IMG/VR virus record: IMGVR_UViG_3300005921_000006
Location: 9,222-73,221 of that record
Strand: one strand, 5' to 3'
DNA from: a virus
Length of the DNA: 64,000 nucleotides
In this document: one piece after another, positions 19,758 through 29,630 of the stretch
Position numbering within the stretch: the first letter of the stretch is position 1
Layout: every line of letters starts with the position of its first letter
Made by a program: the position numbers and the translations under genes
Notes under the pieces: generated by a model
What the model saw: only the letters and a program-made list of their open reading frames with translations
Database searches by the model: none
Told to the model about the DNA's origin: nothing

Positions 19758-20414
19758 TTAGTGTTTTATAGTGTAACCTTGACGGTTAGCTGCTTCTCTA
19801 TTTTCTTGCTGGGAGCCGCCCGAAGAAACGGCAGTAGGGGTAGTCCTAAACTTAGGTGTTCCCTTCACAGGCGTTTTATGCGATGGATGGTAAATTTCTT
19901 TTATCGTTTGACGCTCTTCAGGGGTCACTCCACCACTTCTTCGCGCTTCTGCTGCTTTTTCTCGCGCTTCATCGCTCCAATCATCCGCCGCCCCACCCAG
20001 TTTCTTCCCCGCCTCGAACCCCGACTTGGCAGCGCTGGTGATGTTCGCGAACGGCCCGTCCTGTACTTCGTTGTCAGGGTCCGGGATTAAGTCGTCGTCC
20101 TTCGCGCTGTGCTCCGGTTCCTGCTCTTCCTCTTTGGCCCACTCCACTAAGGATTCGTCCTTTACTACAGCACTCTGGCTGCGCTCGGGGAACTCCGCGA
20201 CGGCGCTGGCGGCGTTGCCCGTGGCGGTGTCTTTAATAGGTTCTCCAATTTTCACAGGCTCTTGCGCTCCGCCGCACATAACGTCTTTCCCTTGTATAAG
20301 CACGGGCAGAGGCGCGGCGTTGAGAATTACCGTCGCGTCCACCGCGTGACGGGTCTGTGGGATAGTCTTACCGTGAAACCGCTTCAAGCTTTCGCCGTAC
20401 TCACCGTTATCCAT
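19758..20414 (-). CDS. Hypothetical, probably head-internal protein
   Basis: Low-complexity and charged; repeated xxD motifs; WSDEAREKAAEARR; shares GEYGE.LK.FH with 25710..26006. Confidence 0.65.
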   Translation of the reverse strand: MDNGEYGESLKRFHGKTIPQTRHAVDATVILNAAPLPVLIQGKDVMCGGAQEPVKIGEPIKDTATGNAASAVAEFPERSQSAVVKDESLVEWAKEEEQEPEHSAKDDDLIPDPDNEVQDGPFANITSAAKSGFEAGKKLGGAADDWSDEAREKAAEARRSGGVTPEERQTIKEIYHPSHKTPVKGTPKFRTTPTAVSSGGSQQENREAANRQGYTIKH

Positions 20415-20974
20415 TACTCTGCCTCCACCACTTGAGATGTAATGCTCTTGCGCATTTCCCCGAAATCAATTCCAGGTTTACTCGACCCCTTGCGCCGAAT
20501 TGTACTCGGGGCGTTCGGAGCCCAACCGTTCCGCCCGTTGGTAAACCAGGCGCGGCACAAATTCTCCGCCAGTTGTCCTGCAAGTTTTAAATACCGCTCT
20601 ACCTGCTCTGGTTTCCCTGCTAACGCAGCATCCGCTGCTTTTTCTAACGGCTCCATAAGCAAAGCCTGATTTTGAATATCCTCAAGAGCTGCCTCAAGGA
20701 CGGGACGAGCAGGTATATGCTTGAGTGGACTCCCATTGGAAAATATATAAAGCAACTGCGCGTTGTTAATCATCTGCTTCGCGGCCACTTGTAACCGCGC
20801 CTGCTTTTTCTTGCCCCGCGCCGTGCTCAACAGCTTTAACAAGTCCACCTGCCGCGCCATTGCGTTAGCTTCGGGGATACCCACCAGCACCTGCTTTTTG
20901 GTCAGGGCAGAAAGGCTCTTCACCAGGTTTTTCTGCCCCGTATCGTTCATCCGAACTGTCACCACCGGCTTCAA
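20414..20974 (-). CDS. Neck or virion morphogenesis protein
   Basis: V.VGIP, IPARP.L and PNAPSTI.RKGS.KP.ID.G.M motifs. Confidence 0.8.
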   Translation of the reverse strand: MKPVVTVRMNDTGQKNLVKSLSALTKKQVLVGIPEANAMARQVDLLKLLSTARGKKKQARLQVAAKQMINNAQLLYIFSNGSPLKHIPARPVLEAALEDIQNQALLMEPLEKAADAALAGKPEQVERYLKLAGQLAENLCRAWFTNGRNGWAPNAPSTIRRKGSSKPGIDFGEMRKSITSQVVEAE

Positions 20975-20980
20975 TTCCTT

Positions 20981-22018
20981 TCACCACGCATAGACGCATC
21001 CCATACCCACAACGCGGGCCATAGTGATGAGCTGCAAGCCGTATTCCGTGAGCGAAAAACTTCCCCAATCTTCCAAACCTTCCGGCACTTTAATAGTCGC
21101 GCTTACGTTCCCTGCGCTCTTGCTCACCATAATCCCCCGAGTAAGCCCGCTGGCCGCTACCTGCCCTGGCGTGGACCCATAAGACCCTTCCGAACGCAGA
21201 TACAACGTCGCGTAATGGGCAATGAACCAGGCCATTGCAATTTGCCACTGCCCTTGCCCCCAGCGGTTAATGGAAAGCTGAGAGCTGGCTAGGTTCACGT
21301 ACATCTGGAGCACAGCCGGAGGAATACAAACCAGGTTGGGAGCCGTAATCGCCGTAACATCTACTAGAGCGCTGTTCCCGGTTCCACCCGTGGTACCACT
21401 ACCAACATAAATGGTAATGCCGGTAATGTTGATCAACAGCCCCGTACCGTGTCCGCCTGCGCAAACCACTTCGCCCTGGGCGGCGTAGCCCGTACCGCCC
21501 GTAATCAGCGTAAACCCGGTAACCACGCCCAGCACGCCGATGCTGGTAACCTGTAACAACGCACCGCCCGCGTTGGGCTGTAACGGCACTACTACATCCC
21601 CCACTACGTAACCCTGTCCACCCGCGAACAGCGTAGCCGCCGCAATTGCGTTTACTATCGGCGTAGTCTGGTAGCCCGTACCGGGAGTAACTACCGTGTA
21701 CGCGGTAGGAACTCCGCCCGCACCTACGGCAGATACCTGAACTAGCCCATTTTGGGCGTCCGGTTGAACCACCGTAAGCTGGTCGTTCACCACGTAACCA
21801 CTACCGGGAGTAACTGGGTCCGGCACTACGATCAACATTCCCTGCGGCTGCGTACCGAATTTCGGGTACACCGCCAGGAAGTCCGATACCTGATACAGCG
21901 GGTTGCCTCCAAATACTAAATTGGAAGCCTGGGCGATGGACGCCAGCGATTCGTCGCACTGGTATCCGCCGCCCCACCAGCTGTTCAGGATCGAAACTAC
22001 GTCAGGCCCAATGCTCAA
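20981..22018 (-). CDS. Head-tail adaptor (DUF4054) with a large internal beta-rich insertion
   Basis: F...YP.F at the N-terminus and AHY.TL...SKS.G.VS...T.YG at the C-terminus, separated by G.GY..(G)D repeats. Confidence 0.8.
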   Translation of the reverse strand: MSIGPDVVSILNSWWGGGYQCDESLASIAQASNLVFGGNPLYQVSDFLAVYPKFGTQPQGMLIVVPDPVTPGSGYVVNDQLTVVQPDAQNGLVQVSAVGAGGVPTAYTVVTPGTGYQTTPIVNAIAAATLFAGGQGYVVGDVVVPLQPNAGGALLQVTSIGVLGVVTGFTLITGGTGYAAQGEVVCAGGHGTGLLINITGITIYVGSGTTGGTGNSALVDVTAITAPNLVCIPPAVLQMYVNLASSQLSINRWGQGQWQIAMAWFIAHYATLYLRSEGSYGSTPGQVAASGLTRGIMVSKSAGNVSATIKVPEGLEDWGSFSLTEYGLQLITMARVVGMGCVYAW

Positions 22019-22578
22019 GCGACTTCGCCTTTCAAAATCTGGTTCTGAATTGATTCAATCAGCTCTTCTTTCGTGGCCTTGGCCGGGTCCAACGTCAGCT
22101 CGTGTTCTTTTTCGGCATACTCTACGATCTGCGCCTTGGTCATGGGGGTGAGCAAAGCAACTACTTCCTTGGCGTCGCTAGAGCGCTTAATTTTCGCTTC
22201 CTCCGCCAACTTGCTGGCCCGTGCCTGCTCCGCTTGCTGTGCCGCCGCTGCGCCGGACAAATCAGCAGTAGGCGCGGCGTTGTCTACCACGTTGACCTGG
22301 TAAATGTCGCCATCCATTAGCGCGTGTTGCCAAGTGAGGATGTTCTGTGCGTTCTTATCCGCGCCGTTCTTGTTGGCGTCCGGTCCGAGCGGTTTATTTA
22401 CCCAATCCGGCGCTTGCTGAAGCTGCATGTCGCCGGTAGTAATGAACACCGCGTCTTTGTACTTGTCGCGGTTTTTCGACGCAGCAGCGTCCAGGTTGGC
22501 GCTCATCAGGTCCACGGCGGGGTCGGGGTTGCGGAAGTGAAACTTCTTGCGGCTGACAATCGTAATCGTATTTCCCAT
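22015..22578 (-). CDS. Hypothetical protein with a C-terminal HeH/Rho-N-like motif
   Basis: MTKAQIVEYA...L....TKEELIE.I; follows the capsid gene. Confidence 0.7.
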   Translation of the reverse strand: MGNTITIVSRKKFHFRNPDPAVDLMSANLDAAASKNRDKYKDAVFITTGDMQLQQAPDWVNKPLGPDANKNGADKNAQNILTWQHALMDGDIYQVNVVDNAAPTADLSGAAAAQQAEQARASKLAEEAKIKRSSDAKEVVALLTPMTKAQIVEYAEKEHELTLDPAKATKEELIESIQNQILKGEVA

Positions 22579-22670
22579 TGTGGCGTTTTCCTTTTTAAGA
22601 AGTTCGGTCCAAAGCGTACTGCTTTTATCCGTGTTCCCCTGTGGCGGGGCTGGAGTTATCGCGCATTATC

Positions 22671-23765
22671 TCAAATTGAATCTTGATACAACGCGCTTTG
22701 CAAATAGAGGAACTTAACCATGCCAAACTGGCCCTGGAAAAGAGTGTCGTAGCTACCGCCGCCCTGGGTGATGTTCGGCACCGTCATAATGCGCTGAATG
22801 GGAACCGTGATGTCCAGCTGCACGCGGTCATCATTGTTCACGTAGCACACCATGCGGTCGGTAGAACCGGAACCGGCTCCGAGGCACCAGCGGCAAGGGA
22901 AAATCTTCAGGTCGATACCCTGCGTCTTGCCGATATTGTTTTCCAGCAGGTAAGTCAAAATGCTGACGTTGCCCGCCGAGGAAACAATCTGGTTAGAGAT
23001 CAGCGCGTACTGCGCCCAAGGAATCAGCAGGTGGTTCGCCATGCCGGTTACGTCGTAGTTGCTAGCCGCCACCGTGGTGACCATAGCGTTATTTACGTCC
23101 GCTAAAATCTCCATCGGTGTTTTCTTCGACCACAGCGTAGACCCGCTCGCACCCAGCGCCACGGACCCGGCAGTGACGTTCGGGTTATTCACCAGCCCCG
23201 GAATAGCGGTGGTGTTAATGGGTCCGACGTAAGTGACCTGGTCCAGCGCTTTGTTCCAGCTCAGCTTCAAGCCCTTATCGTACATGTCGTCCAGCGAGCG
23301 CGGGACATTTTCCAGCTTCTTCATGTCGATAAAGTTGACCTTAAGAATATTCCCCCAGCTGAATACCGGGTAAATATCTTTGGTCAAGTTGGCCTGGATG
23401 ATAGGAATATCCGTGCGGTTATTCGCCTGGATACCCAGCCCGTTCGGTCCCGACAAAGCGTAATCGACGAACAGGTTGGAAGTATTTTCCACCCACCCAC
23501 CGCCGCTCTTTACGGGTACGTCGCGCATCCAGGTGACGGAGGTAAGAGGCTCACGGACTTTAGTGTCACGCTTTTCCAGCTCCGAAACCAGGAACGCCAT
23601 GCCACCGCCCGTAGCGGCGTCCATGCCCTGAATATTGTTAAAGGTTTGCGGCAACATCGCCCCATCCCCCATAAAGCGCCGCCTTCCATCCAGCGCCATA
23701 CGTATCGCCGCCGACGGATCGCCGTTGGGGAGATACTTCTCGAATCCTGCAAGCATTGGGTTCAT
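22671..23765 (-). CDS. Major capsid protein (DUF2184 family)
   Basis: FLVSELEK.D, GLVNNP.V, W..KTP.EILAD.N and DRMV.Y motifs. Confidence 0.92.
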   Translation of the reverse strand: MNPMLAGFEKYLPNGDPSAAIRMALDGRRRFMGDGAMLPQTFNNIQGMDAATGGGMAFLVSELEKRDTKVREPLTSVTWMRDVPVKSGGGWVENTSNLFVDYALSGPNGLGIQANNRTDIPIIQANLTKDIYPVFSWGNILKVNFIDMKKLENVPRSLDDMYDKGLKLSWNKALDQVTYVGPINTTAIPGLVNNPNVTAGSVALGASGSTLWSKKTPMEILADVNNAMVTTVAASNYDVTGMANHLLIPWAQYALISNQIVSSAGNVSILTYLLENNIGKTQGIDLKIFPCRWCLGAGSGSTDRMVCYVNNDDRVQLDITVPIQRIMTVPNITQGGGSYDTLFQGQFGMVKFLYLQSALYQDSI

Positions 23766-23786
23766 TTATACTTCTCCTTTTCCGGC

Positions 23787-24392
23787 TTACGCCACGTTAC
23801 GGCTAGTCAAGCAAATTTCCACCGTGTTATTTACGGTGTCGAGCACGCCCGTTGCCCACTGACAGTTAGTCAGCTGCACGGTGTTAGAGCCATCCGCTTC
23901 CGTGTTCAGGTCACCCACGGCAGTTCCCGCGCCGTTCGTAGCGGTACGGAAAAACACCGCGCCGCCCGTAGTCGGAGCCGGATTGGAACTGAAGGCTTTG
24001 TAGTTCGGCGCAGAGATATAACCCTGCGTCAGCACTTCCGCCGGGTAACCAGGAGCGTAGTAGTTTAACGGCCCCGCTCCGGGTGCACCCTGGTTCACGG
24101 TATACGTCAGGTAAGCTTTCACCTGTCGCACCGCAAACCCGGCAAACACCGCGTTTTTAATGCCCGTAGCCACGGACATGAGGAAAGTTCCACCTCCGGC
24201 GATAAAGCCGATGGCCTGGGACCAAGTGCCGCCCGTGGCGTCGTTGTTCAATACAACGGCGTCTCCGAAGTTAATATTCGCGGTATCGGTCGATTTCACG
24301 AACTTTGACTCAATCGAGTTCGCGCTGTTATTGCGCGAAACCTGACCGGCAAAGCCCGTGTTCATCTGAGTTCCAACAGTAGTTCCTGGCAT
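23787..24392 (-). CDS. Capsid cement or decoration protein
   Basis: M..GFAG..SR, I.FG.AV and FAG.AVR motifs; between protease and capsid genes. Confidence 0.8.
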   Translation of the reverse strand: MPGTTVGTQMNTGFAGQVSRNNSANSIESKFVKSTDTANINFGDAVVLNNDATGGTWSQAIGFIAGGGTFLMSVATGIKNAVFAGFAVRQVKAYLTYTVNQGAPGAGPLNYYAPGYPAEVLTQGYISAPNYKAFSSNPAPTTGGAVFFRTATNGAGTAVGDLNTEADGSNTVQLTNCQWATGVLDTVNNTVEICLTSRNVA

Positions 24393-24407
24393 CTGTTTCT
24401 CCTTTCG

Positions 24408-25709
24408 TTAGTTAACGGTAACAACCTGCCGGTGAAGCTTCTTGCAAGTTTCCTCGAACTCCGCGCCGATTTTCTTCGACGCCACCAGCGGGTCCGCGTC
24501 CATCCCCGCACGCGGATTGTCCGCACCCTTGGCGTCGTTGATGAGCTTGTAGGCGTCTTCCGTCGAACCACCACCTTTTAAGCTCTTCATCGCCGCATTA
24601 AAGCCATCAATCGCCCGCTTGTCGCCGCTCGCCGCAATTACCGGTTTCAACGCCCGCAAGTTGGCAATGGCCGCATCCGCGCCCGGAATCGGGTTCTTGG
24701 GGCGGTCTTCCTTCGATAGCGTAGCCACGGGGATCAAGTCCGCGTCTTCCGCTTTCTTGAACATGGGGCAGGCTTCCTTGTGGGGGTCGCCCTCTTCGGC
24801 GTCACAGGTGCACTTGGCGTCTTCGGCAGCCTTGGATTCCTTCGGCTCCTCCGACTTTTTCGCCAGTTCCTCGAAGCCGTCCTTCATGGTTTTTTGCAGG
24901 CCAACGAGGGCGTCGAGTATAGCCTTATCCTGGGCCTTCTTCTCTTCTTTTTCTTTCTTTTCCTCGGCTTCCGCCTCGGCGTCCATCGTTCGTTGTTTCA
25001 ATTCGAGTGCCTCCTTGTCCTTTTCTTCCTGCGTTTTAACGGTTTCGGACTCTGCGTCGCGTGCGGTGACTAGACGCAGGCCAGCATCTTTAAGACCTGC
25101 AACAAAATCCTTCCACTCCATTTTGCTGTCTCCTTCTTCTAGACCTGCGTCCAGAACTCTTAGATGTTCGCCGCCTCTTGCTTTTTGCACAACGGCAATA
25201 TGGTTACCCCGTATATCCTTCATCTGAAGCCGAAGTTCTCCGTCGTCCCAGCCAGGACCTTTATAGGGAACCAGGTTATAGGTGTACCCACCCGACAACT
25301 CCGCCATTACGTCGTCATTCACGTACTGAATAAGCTGAGAGTCCTTAAAAAATAAGTCCAAATACATCGCTTCATTGCCATCAGGCAGCCGTTCCCCCCG
25401 CTGTACGTTTTGCACATGCCCGCAAGAGTGCTCCCGGTCGTTTTCCGCGTTCAAAAACTCCCGTGGGTGAGTACGGGTAATTGACTTCCCTTCAAACGAC
25501 GCCATGGACACTGGATCGAAAACGTCCGCCGCGTCCCGATACACGTTAACGATAGTATCCGGCGCAAGGTTATCAATCTGTAATTCACTTGCACGATATT
25601 GTTGCCAGCCAGTTCGAGTTGCGGGGATACGGCAAGCAATTAAGTAGCCCTCGGGGGTTTTAATTCTATGGGGACCAATACGCTCGCCGAAAAATAGCTG
25701 TTTTGCCAT
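24408..25709 (-). CDS. Head maturation protease-scaffold (DUF2213)
   Basis: TPEGYL, RTG.Q.Y, SFEGK.IT..HP, ELS.GY and NHIA.V..ARGG motifs; acidic scaffold tail. Confidence 0.92.
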   Translation of the reverse strand: MAKQLFFGERIGPHRIKTPEGYLIACRIPATRTGWQQYRASELQIDNLAPDTIVNVYRDAADVFDPVSMASFEGKSITRTHPREFLNAENDREHSCGHVQNVQRGERLPDGNEAMYLDLFFKDSQLIQYVNDDVMAELSGGYTYNLVPYKGPGWDDGELRLQMKDIRGNHIAVVQKARGGEHLRVLDAGLEEGDSKMEWKDFVAGLKDAGLRLVTARDAESETVKTQEEKDKEALELKQRTMDAEAEAEEKKEKEEKKAQDKAILDALVGLQKTMKDGFEELAKKSEEPKESKAAEDAKCTCDAEEGDPHKEACPMFKKAEDADLIPVATLSKEDRPKNPIPGADAAIANLRALKPVIAASGDKRAIDGFNAAMKSLKGGGSTEDAYKLINDAKGADNPRAGMDADPLVASKKIGAEFEETCKKLHRQVVTVN

Positions 25710-26006
25710 CTAAGCTACTCCGCTCGCTTCCGCTTCTGCCGGACTCATTTTTGGCGTATCTTCTTTCCCACCCGGCAGCACGGTATTCGCATTCTGCCCG
25801 CCACCCCAATTCAATACAGCGTCTTTAGCTTTTTGCATATCGTTGGTGCGATGAAACGGTTTTAGCATTTCGCCGTACTCACCGGTATCGTCTTTGGCTG
25901 TATGCAACGCTGCCGCCACACTCTGCTCGTGGGAGTGTCCGTGATTTTGCATTTCCTCGATGTTATGAGAAATTGCCTGCGGGTTATCGCCTTTTTCTAA
26001 AGGCAT
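25710..26006 (-). CDS. Small head-associated protein
   Basis: MPL.KG.....IS.NI.E....G....Q.VA.AL..A motif common in phage head operons. Confidence 0.75.
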   Translation of the reverse strand: MPLEKGDNPQAISHNIEEMQNHGHSHEQSVAAALHTAKDDTGEYGEMLKPFHRTNDMQKAKDAVLNWGGGQNANTVLPGGKEDTPKMSPAEAEASGVA

Positions 26007-28859
26007 TTATTGAATCCTCGCACCGTTTAACAGTTGCGCCCCGTTGCTAATAGAAGCAGCCGTTGCGCCCGAACTCGAAGTCACTGTGAAGGTCGTAGTA
26101 GCCCCGGTGCTGTTGTCGGTAACGGTAATCGTGCATGCCGCGGAGCCGGTTGTCAGCGTAGCCGTAGCCGAGGTGTTAGAAACCACGGTCGGCGTAGTCA
26201 AGCTCTCGCCCGAGCAGCCCGCGCCGCTCACGCTGAATAAGCCGCTTGGCGTCTCCTGAGTCCAAACCGTATTACCACCCGTCAATGCGATGCCAGGCGT
26301 CGTACTGATATTGCCGAAATTTGGAGAGATGGCCAGCGTTGCCGTCGCTACCGTGATTGGACTTGTGATCGAATCCGTCGTGTCCGCAATAGTGCAGGTG
26401 CCTGTACTGCCGCCAGTTGTCACCGTCACCGTCTGGCTGGTGCTGCTCGTATTCGACGTGCTCACATAGGTGCATGCCCCGCTCGCGCTGAACGCCGTGC
26501 TACCGTTCCACCCAGTACCGACGCCGGTACACGACAGATTGATGTGGCCAGAGTGGTTTGCCGGAACCGTGGAGGGGGAGCAGGTGAAAGAGGCTCCGCT
26601 GCTGGAATCAGTCTCGTACACCCGTTCATCGAACTGGCGCACGTCGGGCCACAGCATTGTTCCCGTACAAGCGCCGGGATTCGAGGCCAGTGAGTAGGTG
26701 ACCGTTGTCGTGGTCGCATAAGTCATCTGGACTTTTGCGCCCGTCGCCGTACCTGCCCCGCTTGTCGCGCAGTTGCCACCGTTAATCTGGAAATCACCCA
26801 TAAGGCGAGCATCTGTATAGATTGTGGAGATACCTGAAACGGTAAGAATCTCACACGGAGCTGGCGCGGGCGAGCAAGTTCCAGAAGAATTTGACCAACT
26901 CCCGCCTGTGATGGTGTACGAGTTCTGCTGTGTTGTATCTATCGGGAGAGTTTGCCACGCAATTGATGCTGGGTTGTCGTAACAATAACCACTAACCTCA
27001 TTACCTCCCGTCACGTCAGGCCCACAAGTTGGGAAGGGAGGCGTACTTGTGGTGCCGCCGCAGACGCCCGTGGAAGCATTAAACCCGGCGTTGCAGACCT
27101 TCCACCAAGAGAGGCCGGTGCCTCCGCTCGGAAAGAATCCCATGCTGTCCATGAAGAACGAAGCTGGAGCGGTCGTGCCGTTGCTCGGGACGGCGTTCTC
27201 GAACGGAGCAGCATTTCCTGACATACTGGTTGGGACTTCAGCCGAGTTCTTCTGGACCGAAGCATTCACGCTGTCGTAGTTCAGCCAGCGCATGAAACTG
27301 GAGGACGCAAGGGCGTCGGTGCCTTGCTTGTTTAAGATGAAAATATTTCCGTTCGAAGTCCCGGAATACGATGTACATTGGCCAGTCCCGCCCAACACGT
27401 TCGCAATAGCGTTGTCGAAGCGGTGGAAGGCGTCGACTTGAATAGCGATTCCTTTAACAAGGCCGAATGTGAAAGGAATTGAGTCGCAGGCGTACCAGTT
27501 GCGGAACCACGTATTGACATCGCCAGTACCCCAAGTATCGTCGTCGTCCGTTCCGTCGCCTTGATTTCCTTCCAGCAGATTGAGGGCAACTCCGGACGCT
27601 TGGCTATCGTGTTGATACGGCGCGGACGGGAATGGATTCTGGTTGTTGTTATTTCGATTGAAGTTGTAGGCGATCACGTCACCGAGTTGAGACCCTGCCC
27701 CCTCGACCAAGATGGCGAACTCTTCGATGTTGTTGAGAAATAAGTCGTCGGAACCTTCAACGGCCTGCATTGCCGAGACGCTGGAAGTCGGAGTCGCGGG
27801 CGTCATGGTGAAAAAGTAGTTATTGAAAACCAGGTCGTTCTTCCCAAAATCTGGCCATAGAATCTGTCGATTCGCGGTCGCCCCGATGAACCGATTACCT
27901 TTGATCCAGGAGGCATATGCTGGACCTTGAATGTCAATGTTGCCGCCGCCAGAAAACACGATGGTCATGTCTTCCAGTCCGATGCCATATCCCACGTCTG
28001 ATTGCTGCTGCCAGTACATCGATGCTGTGTTCGAAGTTGACCAGTTGTTAAGATAGAGGCCGGGACTGAAGCCAATGGTGTAGGAACCGCCGCCGTTGTT
28101 CGTAACCGAAGTGATATTTACATATTGAAACTGAGAAGTCTGGCCACCACCACCGGACCCTGAGCCATTTGAGTTGCATATCGTATTTCCGCCGCAGACG
28201 AAAAGGCCGCCGTTGTCGGAGTAAGAACCGGTCGTGCAGGTGTTGTAGCCGTTTGATGCGCTGGTACTCCCGCTGTAACCCGTGTCGCACTGGTTGAACC
28301 ATCCAATATTACCGACCGTAGGTGTCGTGCCGGAGACAGATGTCAGCGTAACCGAGGTAGTTCCAGATGCGGGGCTCGTGCTTACCGTTCCGCCTCCTTT
28401 GCCGCCACCTTGACCAAATTGCAGAGAAGCGGTCAGGGTGAGCGTTGTATTCATCGCTCCCGCGCCGCGCAGAGTGACATATGGTGCGGTATTAAGAAAT
28501 TCAGTCGTCCCAATACTGAAAGAACCGGAAGCCAAGAGCAGATAGGACCCGGAAGTATTAGCAGCAGAACAATTATTCATCGCCGTCAGGATCGAGGCGA
28601 AGGACGTACCAGAAGCTACAGGAACGGTGATCCCGGCCTGGGCCGTCGTGCAGGCTGGTCGAGTCGGAGGCGCCCACGGGTTTGCAGTTGTCTCACCGTC
28701 TGGAAACGTGGCAGGTAGTCCAGCAGCACCCCAATCAATTGCCCGAGACGGACAAATGAGGTTCTTCCACGGCGCGGTCCCGCTCCCGAGCGTGCAGGCT
28801 TGCCCAAACCCCGCCGTAGAAAAAAAGATGGCAACGACAATAAAAATTAGTTTTCGCAT
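26007..28859 (-). CDS. Secreted pectate-lyase-like beta-helix protein with C-terminal Ig-like repeats
   Basis: Signal MRKLIFIVVAIFFSTAGFG|Q; SRAIDW..AG, TLRGAG...T.L, GLED.TI and Asn-rich beta-helix rungs. Confidence 0.7.
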   Translation of the reverse strand: MRKLIFIVVAIFFSTAGFGQACTLGSGTAPWKNLICPSRAIDWGAAGLPATFPDGETTANPWAPPTRPACTTAQAGITVPVASGTSFASILTAMNNCSAANTSGSYLLLASGSFSIGTTEFLNTAPYVTLRGAGAMNTTLTLTASLQFGQGGGKGGGTVSTSPASGTTSVTLTSVSGTTPTVGNIGWFNQCDTGYSGSTSASNGYNTCTTGSYSDNGGLFVCGGNTICNSNGSGSGGGGQTSQFQYVNITSVTNNGGGSYTIGFSPGLYLNNWSTSNTASMYWQQQSDVGYGIGLEDMTIVFSGGGNIDIQGPAYASWIKGNRFIGATANRQILWPDFGKNDLVFNNYFFTMTPATPTSSVSAMQAVEGSDDLFLNNIEEFAILVEGAGSQLGDVIAYNFNRNNNNQNPFPSAPYQHDSQASGVALNLLEGNQGDGTDDDDTWGTGDVNTWFRNWYACDSIPFTFGLVKGIAIQVDAFHRFDNAIANVLGGTGQCTSYSGTSNGNIFILNKQGTDALASSSFMRWLNYDSVNASVQKNSAEVPTSMSGNAAPFENAVPSNGTTAPASFFMDSMGFFPSGGTGLSWWKVCNAGFNASTGVCGGTTSTPPFPTCGPDVTGGNEVSGYCYDNPASIAWQTLPIDTTQQNSYTITGGSWSNSSGTCSPAPAPCEILTVSGISTIYTDARLMGDFQINGGNCATSGAGTATGAKVQMTYATTTTVTYSLASNPGACTGTMLWPDVRQFDERVYETDSSSGASFTCSPSTVPANHSGHINLSCTGVGTGWNGSTAFSASGACTYVSTSNTSSTSQTVTVTTGGSTGTCTIADTTDSITSPITVATATLAISPNFGNISTTPGIALTGGNTVWTQETPSGLFSVSGAGCSGESLTTPTVVSNTSATATLTTGSAACTITVTDNSTGATTTFTVTSSSGATAASISNGAQLLNGARIQ

Positions 28860-28861
28860 GG

Positions 28862-29629
28862 TCAAGAATGCAGGAAGCACGCAATCGCAGAACCCCAATG
28901 GGAAGATGTCGTCCACGACCACGTAGGATTGACTGCCGTGGTCAATGTCGTTATCAGGTAAGCATCTGCCGGAGCCGTGCTCGACCCATCATCCACTAGA
29001 GTAAAACCACTGTTGATAGCTGGGTTGGTGGTAGCGCTACCCGTCTGCAGCGCGGTGACCACCACTTCACCGCTTGCCTGACTCAAGGAACCGCTGGACG
29101 GGCACGCTCCGGGCTGTCCTGACGTTACGAATCCGTCTTCAACGCCATTTTGTCCGTTCGTCTCTAGCGGACTTGTGGTGTTTGTTCCAGAAAAGGTCAT
29201 ACCGAATAAATCACCATTTGTGTTCGACTCGGTAAAAGTATGCCCGGTTCCCACGACCAGCGATCCGCCTCCAGTCTTGGCGTAGGCATAGAAAATTTGC
29301 ACATCGTAAGTTGTAACTGGAGTCAGAGCGTTCCAGGCGTTGCACGGAGAGGCACAACTGGGCGAAGTCACGGCATCGCTAATCGTAACCCCCGTTGCAC
29401 CCGTGACGATAGCGATTAGCAGGGTTGAGCCTGTCGTAGTCATGGAAACCACGCCGCTACCGAATCCGGGCGTATAGTCGTGCGTGACGAACGCTCCTGT
29501 TCCGCCAGTTCCGCCCGCGAACACCGTCGTCTTCGGCGGAAGCGTCGTCTTCGGCAGAATCGTCGTGCCGGCCTGCCCCCAGAGAGAGGCGCACAAGAGA
29601 AACTGGGAAAGATAGCGAATGGTTTTCAT
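28862..29629 (-). CDS. Secreted beta-rich protein
   Basis: Signal MKTIRYLSQFLLCASLWG|Q; Thr/Gly/Ser-rich. Confidence 0.7.
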   Translation of the reverse strand: MKTIRYLSQFLLCASLWGQAGTTILPKTTLPPKTTVFAGGTGGTGAFVTHDYTPGFGSGVVSMTTTGSTLLIAIVTGATGVTISDAVTSPSCASPCNAWNALTPVTTYDVQIFYAYAKTGGGSLVVGTGHTFTESNTNGDLFGMTFSGTNTTSPLETNGQNGVEDGFVTSGQPGACPSSGSLSQASGEVVVTALQTGSATTNPAINSGFTLVDDGSSTAPADAYLITTLTTAVNPTWSWTTSSHWGSAIACFLHS

Positions 29630-29630
29630 G

